From NCBI GenBank assembly GCA_021650915.1, contig CP091279.1, positions 630,001 to 662,000 on the forward strand: a stretch of DNA of 32,000 bases, given 5' to 3'. A program made the position numbers and the translations under genes. This document shows, piece by piece, positions 18,541 through 26,000 of the stretch (position 1 is its first letter; the number at the start of each line of letters is the position of its first letter). Source of the DNA: Candidatus Brocadia sp. Lineage in GTDB: Bacteria > Planctomycetota > Brocadiia > Brocadiales > Brocadiaceae. The notes below the pieces were generated by a model, which was not told the origin of the DNA, did no database searches, and saw nothing but the letters and a program-made list of their open reading frames with translations.

Positions 18541-19781
18541 TATAACGTTTCATAAAAACCTTGACAAATAAGTATCCGGCATTTATATTGGCCTTAAAAA
18601 AGGAGGCCAAGGTGTCGGGAATTAGTAAAAAGCCAAAATTATCTCTTAGTCCGGAACAGTTATGCAAATTAGAAAACACTGCTCGATCTCGCACTGCTCC
18701 TCTTCGGGAAGTAAAGAGAGCACAAGTGCTTCTTAAGAAGTATCAAGAAGAATCTATAACAGCAATTCAAAAATCGATAGGGCTAAGCAGGGAAACCATT
18801 TATAAATACATTGAAAAAGCATTGGCGTTAGGCCCGGAAGAAGCGCTAAGAGATAAATATCATCGGCCCAAAGAGCCCACAATTACCGAGAATGCAAAGA
18901 TGTGGGTTGTAAATATTGCATGCACAAAACCCAAAGACCATGGATATGCAGCAGAACTGTGGACGCAAAGCCTTTTAGCAAAATACACAAGAAAATATGC
19001 CCCCAGGAAGGGATATGCGTGTCTTTCAAAGGCCTCAAAAGCCACGATTCATAGAATATTAAAAGAACATCCCGTACAACCACATAAGATACGCTATTAT
19101 TTAGAGAAACGGGATCCAGAATTTAAGCGTAAAATGGAAGACGTCCTTATGGTTTACCAAGAGGTTAACCTGCAAAACAAACAAGATGCTTCAGAAAAAA
19201 TTTCTGGCAATCGAACGATTACCGTTTCCGTAGATGAAAAGCCCGGTGTTCAGGCAATAAAAAATATTGCACCAGACTTAAAACCTATAGCAGGTAAATG
19301 TCCTCAGGTTCTCCGAGATTATGAATATAAACGCTTGGGAACCGTGAGCATATTAGCCGCTTTAGATTTGCATACAGGGCATGTAATAGCCCAGGTTCAT
19401 GAACGTCACAGAAGCAAAGAATTTATCGAGCTTTTAAAAGAACTGGATGCCTTTTATCCATCAGCATATACGATACGAATTGTTTTAGACAATCATTCTG
19501 CGCATATTTCAAAAGAGACCTTGCGATATCTATCAAGCCGGCCAAATAGATTCGTTTATGTTCATACTCCAAAGCACGGCTCCTGGCTTAATCTGGTGGA
19601 AACACTATTTGGTAAAATGGCCCGAACCTTCTTAAAGCACATTAGGGTTGATTCTGTTGTCGAATTGCGAAATAGAATATTAAAAGGAATATCTGAAATT
19701 AATGAAGCCCCCGTTATTCATCGCTGGAAAAAATTCGATCTACTAACATAGTATTTGTCAATGTTTTTGTGAAACGTTATA
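18541..19781 (+). mobile_element. IS630-family insertion sequence (~1.24 kb)
   Basis: 30-bp terminal inverted repeats, tataacgtttcataaaaaccttgacaaata (18541-18570) and its complement at 19752-19781, match at 28/30. TA sits at both junctions, consistent with TA target duplication. One DDE_3-type transposase lies inside. Confidence 0.88.
18612..19751 (+). CDS. IS630-family (Tc1/mariner-like, DDE_3) transposase
   Basis: An N-terminal HTH region, then VSVDEKPG, VLDNHSAH and HGSWLNLVE (the D, D and E contexts). AGGAGG (18601-18606) lies 5 nt before in-frame GTG 18612. The track start TTG 18561 lies inside the inverted repeat. Confidence 0.88.
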   Translation: MSGISKKPKLSLSPEQLCKLENTARSRTAPLREVKRAQVLLKKYQEESITAIQKSIGLSRETIYKYIEKALALGPEEALRDKYHRPKEPTITENAKMWVVNIACTKPKDHGYAAELWTQSLLAKYTRKYAPRKGYACLSKASKATIHRILKEHPVQPHKIRYYLEKRDPEFKRKMEDVLMVYQEVNLQNKQDASEKISGNRTITVSVDEKPGVQAIKNIAPDLKPIAGKCPQVLRDYEYKRLGTVSILAALDLHTGHVIAQVHERHRSKEFIELLKELDAFYPSAYTIRIVLDNHSAHISKETLRYLSSRPNRFVYVHTPKHGSWLNLVETLFGKMARTFLKHIRVDSVVELRNRILKGISEINEAPVIHRWKKFDLLT

Positions 19782-19784
19782 CTA

Positions 19785-20071
19785 TTATGGCAGACAAGAC
19801 CATACTTCTTTTAAATAGTGTGTAATTTCCTCAACGGTTACGAATTCAACATTAATGTGAGATTTTGGATTTTCGGCGGGGTGAATATGCCATCCGCGTA
19901 TATTGTCGTAATCTATACCCCAGATTCTCTTGCTATTTTCAATTAACGCAAAGGCTGTAGTTTCAGTATGCTCATTAAAATATATTTGTAAAAATCTGTT
20001 CTTCTTTAGAATCGCACGTCCCTTAAGGATAAATACCTCTGTATGAAGATCGACTTTTTCAACAAATTCAA
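19785..20071 (-). pseudogene. Start-less gene fragment, possibly DUF6516/TumE-like toxin C-terminal part
   Basis: My manual translation of the minus strand gives ...EFVEKVDLHTEVFILKGRAILKKNRFLQIYFNEHTETTAFALIENSKRIWGIDYDNIRGWHIHPAENPKSHINVEFVTVEEITHYLKEVWSCLP*. The frame has no ATG, GTG or TTG and runs into the IS66 inverted repeat. The YDN...H.HP...H core resembles my recollection of DUF6516. Confidence 0.35.
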
Positions 20072-21793
20072 GGTAACTATTCGGCGTAATATCGCCCCCT
20101 ATCGTTACGAGCTGGCAAAATCAGGCAATTTGCCGCGAAATACCATCCGTAATGCCTGACTTAAATTTACCCCTTGTTTTCGACAAGTCGAGAGATAACT
20201 ACGGATGAGGCAGAAGATCTTCGCTCCGTCCAGAGAACGAAAACAGCCCGATATCTTCTGCTGAACCTTCGTCATCCTGATATCGTTTTCGGCCAGGTTA
20301 TTCGTGAAGGGGACGTTTTTATTGTCCATAAATCTGAGCACATCACCCTCATACTCCCGTAATCGTTCCAGGAGATTCCGTGCTTTTGTCCTTTTTACCC
20401 GCCCTCTTTTCCCCTTGCGGTTCGTTTCATCAGGGGGCGGGCTTTCAGCTTCTGCGTTTTGTAATATCCCCCCGGTACCTTTGCCGGTATTTCTCAGACT
20501 CGCCGTTTTCCAACAAACCCCCCGCATCCTTTACCGCACGGTTTATCTCTTCGAGCAGGGCTTTCATCTCTTTCGCCCACGGTTGCTTCTTATCCTCTTC
20601 CCACACCCCCTCCAATTCCCTCAGGTGGTGTGCATTACAGAGCGCATGTGTACAGCGGGTGTAGGTGTAATACGCCTTCAAATGGTCGTGACAAAGAATC
20701 CCCCGAAACTGGGGCAGTATCCCGATACTATCCATCGCTTCCGTCCCACGTCTTTCGTGAGGGAAAAAGTGTGTCCACAAACTATTGGATGCACTATGCA
20801 GCCAATACCTGTCTCCGTTCTTGTTGATGCTCGTTTCATCTGCCTGCAATACCTCTGATTTGACAAGTTCTTCCTTGGTTTTCCTCTCGAAGGCTTCCAG
20901 AGATTCGTAGGCATCCTTGTTAAAGTTGTAAAGAGAGCCTTCGCTCAGCGGTATCCCCATCTGCTCCTCAAAATACTCCTGGATCCTCTTATTGGGTATC
21001 AATTGATACTGTGACATATATACTGCGTGCGCTTTCAAATCCGGCCCATACTGCACTGCCTTTGTCACCCCTTCCGGAAATGACGCTACAAACCTACTTC
21101 CCTCCGCATCCTCAACTATCTCTGCCCGATACTCCGTTACCACCCTTGAAATCTTCATATCAAACACCTGACACGACTCATAACCGATCAACCTGTATTT
21201 GCCGCTCGGATACTTCCTCCGGTCTACTTTTATTACTTCCACCTTATCAGGATTGGCTACCTTTTTCAGCGTTACTCCATCATGACCCTCTTGCCCACCT
21301 GCCTTCCTCTCTCCTTTCGCCCTGCTCTTTCTCGTGCGATTCGGATCGCTTGCGGGCGGCTTACTACTGTTGCGACTGTTCCGGTTCAGACGTCCTACCA
21401 GCAGCGTTATCACTAACACCAACAACTCTATCATTGACCTTATGGCAGGTGACAGACCTTTTTCCTCTGAAAGCAGCTTTTCTACTTTCCGCAGCGTTGC
21501 ATCTATATCTATATTCTCTATCGTCAATGGATGGCACCGGTATTAATAGCCTGAAATCATCTCCTGCGGCTATTATACCACAGGCTTTTTCACCCATTTT
21601 TTTCACCCTCTACCGCCCTACAAAACTCTGTAATTCTCTGGCCGAACATACCCCACACCTCTCTTTGCAAAAACCTCCGATGGGCTACAGTGGCATCCTC
21701 CACAGCCATTTATTCTACCAACCAATTCTACTGCCCCCTTTTCTCATGTTGACTGTCAACTAAATTCTAAAATATTTTCGCTGAATAGTTACC
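20072..21793 (-). mobile_element. IS66-family insertion sequence, tnpC-only (ISBst12-like) architecture, ~1.7 kb
   Basis: Terminal inverted repeats ggtaactattcggcg (20072-20086) and cgctgaatagttacc (21779-21793) match at 14/15. It encloses a single IS66-type transposase gene, and there is no room for tnpA or tnpB. Confidence 0.8.
20105..21527 (-). pseudogene. IS66-family transposase (TnpC), split by a frameshift
   Basis: Two overlapping ORFs, 21527-20445 and 20527-20105, lie in different frames and together make a normal ~470-aa IS66 transposase. The first carries LQADETSINKNG, HDHLKAYY and CNAHHLREL. The second carries VPFTNNLAENDIRM..V..KISGCFRS. The frames rejoin cleanly at the G6 run (plus-strand C6 at 20468-20473). 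Confidence 0.85.
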
Positions 21794-22343
21794 AATAAAG
21801 AGTATAAGTTTTGATAAAGGTTTTTACAAGAAAGAGAATAAAGAGTTGCTGAGTTTATATATACCAGAGGTAATCCTTCCCAAGAAGGGCAAGAAGAATA
21901 AGGCGGAACAGGAAGAGGAATCGGGTAAGACATTTAAGAAGCTAAGGCACAAGCACTCGGCGGTAGAATCGGATATCAATCGTTTGGAGCATCACGGCTT
22001 GGATAGGTGTCCGGACAAAGGGCTGCATGCCTTTAAAAGATATTGTGCAATGGGCGTGTTAGCTGCGAATTTGCACAAGCTGGGAAACGTGCTGCAGGAG
22101 AAGGCACGGAAGCAGTGCGAAAAGTTGCGAAAAGCCGCCTAAGCAAGCAAAAAACACGAAGAAAAACAGTCTGCCGGGAGGCAGGTACGCCCAGACAAGG
22201 CTAAAATAAAGGGGAAAACAAGGGAAATATGTAAAAGAACAGTATTTTTGCCAAAAACCCTAATCTCAAATCTTAAAATTATCTATTGGTAAATAGAAAA
22301 TCGACCTCGCACTTTTACAAAAAGTGCGAGGTCGTTCAGACAC
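21794..22343 (+). mobile_element. 5'-truncated second copy of the IS5/IS1182-like element (right end)
   Basis: 21984-22343 is essentially identical to 1-360. The transposase frame is open from the IS66 junction (21795, ...SFDKGFYKKENKELL...) to TAA at 22140-22142. The terminal hairpin at 22302-22334 is perfect in this copy. Confidence 0.8.
21795..22142 (+). pseudogene. DDE transposase C-terminal fragment (truncated by the IS66 junction)
   Basis: The frame is open with no stop from 21795. It contains a DKGF motif (candidate second catalytic Asp) and an AVESD..RLE...GL region. The N-terminal two-thirds of a normal transposase are absent. Confidence 0.75.
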
Positions 22344-22497
22344 CACTTAGGCATCCCATACTTCAAGGCACGCATCTCTCGACCTCTCGAAAACAAGGGA
22401 TAAATTTAAGTCAGGCATTACAGCTGTTATTTCACGGCAGATTGCCTGATTTTGTCCACTCGTAGCGGCAGTAGGTAAAAATACGCTGAAGAGTAAC
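22344..22497 (+). mobile_element. Diverged remnant of a second IS66-family element (3' end of transposase plus terminal repeat), inverted relative to the intact copy
   Basis: Translation of 22376-22465 gives LSTSRKQGINLSQALQLLFHGRLPDFVHS*. The intact copy reads LSTCRKQGVNLSQALRMVFRGKLPDFASS*. The downstream tacgctgaagagtaac matches the intact end tacgccgaatagttac. Confidence 0.7.
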
Positions 22498-22507
22498 AAA
22501 GAACGTT

Positions 22508-22534
22508 AGGAACGAAAAATAACTCGTCGTTCCT
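22508..22534 (-). terminator. Hairpin downstream of the Nudix gene, possible operon terminator
   Basis: 8-bp arms aggaacga (22508-22515) and tcgttcct (22527-22534) with an 11-nt loop. On the minus strand it is followed by aacgttctttgtt, only a weak U-tract. Confidence 0.3.
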
Positions 22535-22552
22535 TGAACCGCCGTATATGAA

Positions 22553-23050
22553 TTATCTTCGGCACCATAAAATACTGCAAACGGTTTTTGCATCCCTGAT
22601 GATACCTTTCCTTATCATCTCCAGGGCATTGCACACTTTTACGCGTATACTACCTTTAATGGATTCGTCCATTTGATAATTCGTTTGGGTTTTTACGAGA
22701 TTCGTTGCTTTGAATAGATGCATTGTCTCACTCAAAATACCCGGTGATGGGTAAAGGACGATGAGGGGTTCAAGGTTGCCTGCCCGATAGCCCGTCTCTT
22801 CTTCCAATTCACGCCCTGCGCATTCGATAAACGTTTCGCCCTTATTGAGGGTGCCGGCGGGAATTTCGTAGAGTGTTTCTTTCATTGGGTATCGGTATTG
22901 TTGAAGGAGGACAATTTCATCGTCTGAAAGAAAGGGAATGATTGCGGCAGAACCCGGGTGCTCAATGACCTCCCTTATGACCTTTCTTCCGTCCTCTAAG
23001 AGCACCTCGTCCTTTCTAACGTTTATTTTTTTACCTGAATATATGAGCAC
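22553..23050 (-). CDS. Nudix hydrolase, ADP-ribose pyrophosphatase-like
   Basis: 165 aa with the Nudix box GTLNKGETFIECAGRELEEETGY. GTG start at 23050 is preceded by AAGGAG (23056-23061), 5 nt upstream. The start lies only 20 nt after the stop of the upstream PilX-like gene. Confidence 0.85.
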   Translation of the reverse strand: MLIYSGKKINVRKDEVLLEDGRKVIREVIEHPGSAAIIPFLSDDEIVLLQQYRYPMKETLYEIPAGTLNKGETFIECAGRELEEETGYRAGNLEPLIVLYPSPGILSETMHLFKATNLVKTQTNYQMDESIKGSIRVKVCNALEMIRKGIIRDAKTVCSILWCRR

Positions 23051-23070
23051 AAAAACTCCTTATAAAAGTT

Positions 23071-24786
23071 TTAATCGATTTCGCGCCAGGATATTATTTT
23101 GTAATTCGTAGGATTTCCAACAGCTATACTCTGTAAAGCTTGATCATAATGAAAATTACCGCTGGAACTTATCCTAACATATTTTCCTCTAACAGAGCCA
23201 TAGAGATCCACGCTAGAAGTTATGTTAATTGCGGCCCCAGGGGCATATATTGCTGCATATATGTCTGAGCTTGAAGTTAGGGAAATCTTGTAATCGCTGT
23301 TACTTGCAGAAGATGCGGAAGACCATATGAGAAAGTTTGCTGGCTTTTTGTCATTAGACGCATTTACTTTACCTGATGAACCAATGCTCACGATGCCTGT
23401 AACGTAAAGAGTTAGTTTTGCATCGCTGGCGAGATCAAGATCAGAACTGCTGCTAAAAGTGAAATTACCGTTTACATAAAGCGTTACGTCTCCTCTTATT
23501 GTTAAATCGGAACTTGAAGAGACGCTTAAACTACTGAAATAATATTTCTTGCTTTGCCCCGTAGTCCCAAGGGTATAGCTGTTACTGCTACTAAGCGAAA
23601 AGACTTTAGTAGAACTATTATACGGTGTACCGCTTAATTCCCCGTTGTTATTGTCTGATGTTATCGGCGCCACATTGTCATTAAAATAAGATGTGGTATC
23701 TAATGGGTCACACAATGAAGTTGGGATGCCTGGATAGCCGGGATACCCTGCGTATGATTGAGCAATTGTCCCAGACACGGAAGCCCCGCTGTCGACATTT
23801 ACAGTGCCTCCTGCAGTTGCATTTCCGATGATGTCTGAGCTACTGGATAATGAAATATTTCCAGCAGTAATGGCATTCCCATCAATCTGTGAACTACTAG
23901 TGAGGTTTATATTTCCTGTCGCATTGACATTTCCGTAAATCCTGGCGCTGCTAACCAATGAAAGGCTGCCGCCCGTGTTTAAGTCTCCGAAAACATCAGC
24001 GCTACTATTCATTGTGATGTTTCCGGTTGCATTTGCATTTCCGTGAACATTAGCGCTGCTATTTATAGTTATATTTCCCGTAGAGTTGACATTTCCATTT
24101 ATGTCTGAACTACTTGCAATGGTAATAGTTGCTCCGCTATTGGTAGTGCTGATATTACCATGATTTCCATGCGGCTGGCTACCATATGTTCCACTATCAG
24201 AATTATAACTATCGGTCTCAATAGAGCTTGACGCATAAACGCCATCACACCCAAGCAATGAATCATTAAAAATAGGGTCGTACGCTAAGGAAAACACCGC
24301 TTCTAATACTTTTCTTGAAGAAGAACTTGTGCCAGTAGAGGTAATTACATAAAGTGGATTGCCATTTGAATCATTTAATACGGTTTCGCTGTCTACTTTA
24401 TGTATGAGGGTGAAGACATTATTAAAACCAACAGAGGTGTAAGCGGCTGTACCGTTCCAGACTGGATCGGTTTTTGAATCATCAATTATGGCGCCGTTCA
24501 ATAGACGATTTATTCCATCATGAATCCCTGCCTCGGCCGTGTAAAAGGCCTGAGAACTCGTTTTATAATTATCGCTTATCTTAATATCGGTAGTAGTTGT
24601 CATGACAGATGTGGTTCCTACCAGAGCTAAAATACCTATTAGTACAAGAGCAACAATAAAGATAAATCCTTTGTTGTCGCTGTTTGACGCAACTAGTGTT
24701 ATCAACGGTTTTAATTTTTGTTTTGGTTTCATATATTCCTCACTCCTAAAGATTTCAATAGGGGGTTTCTTCCTGGATGATTTCAT
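23071..24786 (-). CDS. Large PilX_N-type minor pseudopilin fused to beta-helix-like repeat and Ser-rich domains
   Basis: The segment NKG-FIFIVALVLIGILALVGTTSVM...YTAEAGI matches the PilX N-terminal pattern. Residues ~207-341 carry GN-x-N-x-TGNI-x-x-x-SS-type repeats. The C-terminal half is Ser/Thr-rich with alternating beta-strand character. The likely true start is ATG 24732, with GGAGTGAGG 5 nt upstream. Confidence 0.8.
   Translation of the reverse strand: MKSSRKKPPIEIFRSEEYMKPKQKLKPLITLVASNSDNKGFIFIVALVLIGILALVGTTSVMTTTTDIKISDNYKTSSQAFYTAEAGIHDGINRLLNGAIIDDSKTDPVWNGTAAYTSVGFNNVFTLIHKVDSETVLNDSNGNPLYVITSTGTSSSSRKVLEAVFSLAYDPIFNDSLLGCDGVYASSSIETDSYNSDSGTYGSQPHGNHGNISTTNSGATITIASSSDINGNVNSTGNITINSSANVHGNANATGNITMNSSADVFGDLNTGGSLSLVSSARIYGNVNATGNINLTSSSQIDGNAITAGNISLSSSSDIIGNATAGGTVNVDSGASVSGTIAQSYAGYPGYPGIPTSLCDPLDTTSYFNDNVAPITSDNNNGELSGTPYNSSTKVFSLSSSNSYTLGTTGQSKKYYFSSLSVSSSSDLTIRGDVTLYVNGNFTFSSSSDLDLASDAKLTLYVTGIVSIGSSGKVNASNDKKPANFLIWSSASSASNSDYKISLTSSSDIYAAIYAPGAAINITSSVDLYGSVRGKYVRISSSGNFHYDQALQSIAVGNPTNYKIISWREID
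23764..24168 (-). repeat. Coding tandem repeats (~19-20 aa units) inside the PilX-like gene
   Basis: Successive units include GNVNSTGNITINSSANVH, GNANATGNITMNSSADVF, GNVNATGNINLTSSSQID, GNAITAGNISLSSSSDII and GNATAGGTVNVDSGASVS. This periodicity resembles bactofilin / polymer-forming or parallel beta-helix repeats. Confidence 0.75.
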
Positions 24787-24904
24787 TTAGCGTGCGGTTT
24801 CAATTGATAACGTTGCACCTCGAATATTTATAGTGTTGCAACAACCTCTTTAATATTTGCACCTCAGTGTCAATGATTTAACCATTTTAGTTCACTTGAG
24901 TTGT

Positions 24905-25498
24905 TCAAAGACCAAGATTTTCAGGTGTTAAAAGAGAAGTCAGAGTACCATAACGATATCCAAAATTGAGATCAGCTTTGGCGGTTCTCCCAGTTACGGT
25001 AACTCGTATCTGGCGAATACTGGATGCTGTTGTTGTGGCAATGCCATTACCGTCATAATAAAGAAAATTGCATTCTTCAATATTCTCGGCAAGCGGTTGA
25101 AATGTTCCTCCTCCCGTCTGTCGCTTGATTTCGCGCGGATACGTTGCATCATTGGCATTATAATAACAATACGTTATATCTTCATTACCAGCATCTGTAG
25201 TTCCATTGCCATCATGATCCGCCAGGATTTGCAGCAATGTTGCCGTATGATTACCAATTCCAACAAAACCAGAGTTTGATGGATCATATCCAGCCATCCT
25301 GATTTCTCTCACCATCATGTCTATAGCGATTCTCACATTCTGTTGCATTTCGATAACTTGTTCTTGCATGATGTATGATTTGCGCTGGGTATTAAAAATA
25401 CCAACTGCGACGCCCATGAGAATCAGGCATATTGCAAGTCCCACTACTAGTTCTATGAGTGTAAAACCTTGCGCATTATTTTTTCCTTGGTATGACAT
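24905..25498 (-). CDS. PilW-like minor pilin (prepilin-type N-terminal cleavage/methylation domain)
   Basis: 197 aa with AQG-FTLIELVVGLAI and then Q.NVRIAIDMMVREIRMAGYDP, the PilW-type signature. Confidence 0.8.
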   Translation of the reverse strand: MSYQGKNNAQGFTLIELVVGLAICLILMGVAVGIFNTQRKSYIMQEQVIEMQQNVRIAIDMMVREIRMAGYDPSNSGFVGIGNHTATLLQILADHDGNGTTDAGNEDITYCYYNANDATYPREIKRQTGGGTFQPLAENIEECNFLYYDGNGIATTTASSIRQIRVTVTGRTAKADLNFGYRYGTLTSLLTPENLGL

Positions 25499-25507
25499 TA
25501 CCCGCTC

Positions 25508-25891
25508 CTATTTGGCAAAGATAGTATGTAAAGTTACTTTATGGTTCGAAGTTACCTCTCCTGGATTCCAGTATACATTTATGGTAACGGTTTTTGAATC
25601 TATGCCGGGGGTATTATTTTGTACAATTGCTTCCAAATAATAGTCAGTGGAAATTGTTGAAGTGTCCGCGATACTATCATAATCGATTCCCTTAAAATAT
25701 TCCATTTTGTCCTGGGCAAGAGTTGTTGCAGCAGTAACCATTTTACTGTGTGAATTCCCTCTTATCACTCCTATAGTTAAACTCATTACGGAGAATAACC
25801 CGATGGCAATAAGGGCAATAGCCAGAATGGTTTCTATTAACAAAAATCCTTTATCATTCTGTAATTTAGGAATTTTTTGATAAATAATCAT
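25508..25891 (-). CDS. PilV-like minor pilin (prepilin-type N-terminal domain)
   Basis: 127 aa with DKG-FLLIETILAIALIAIGL and TAATTLAQDKMEY, a PilV-like pattern. It ends 9 nt upstream of the PilW-like start. Confidence 0.75.
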   Translation of the reverse strand: MIIYQKIPKLQNDKGFLLIETILAIALIAIGLFSVMSLTIGVIRGNSHSKMVTAATTLAQDKMEYFKGIDYDSIADTSTISTDYYLEAIVQNNTPGIDSKTVTINVYWNPGEVTSNHKVTLHTIFAK

Positions 25892-26000
25892 AAAAGACCC
25901 TCAAATAATTTTACGCCAGAAAATAATTTAAGGCCTGTAATGGGATATCCATCCAGTTTTCTCAAGGTCTCATCATAATGGATTTTGCATCAGTGCATTG

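Noticed and set aside
21011-21763. 250-aa plus-strand ORF inside the IS66 element
   Set aside because: It is antisense to the IS66 transposase. The peptide is a Pro/Leu/Ser-rich mirror of the purine-rich coding strand, with no motifs.
1-22343. Reading the two IS copies plus the intervening DNA as a composite transposon
   Set aside because: The cargo is core single-copy-type housekeeping genes (nusA, infB, ftsH, murC, ruvC). In addition, the second copy is a 5'-truncated fragment lacking a transposase N-terminus and a left end.
22498-22552. Search for an attR copy of the tRNA-Pro 3' end at the distal edge of the mobile patch
   Set aside because: By eye I found no match longer than a few bases to ggttcaaatcccgccaccccgacca, here or elsewhere in 17831-22552. 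The island boundary is therefore inferred from IS ends only.
23764-24168. Regularly spaced ~57-60 bp repeats that could suggest a CRISPR-like or satellite array
   Set aside because: The repeats are in-frame coding repeats of the PilX-like protein. The units are diverged at the DNA level and there is no repeat-spacer structure.
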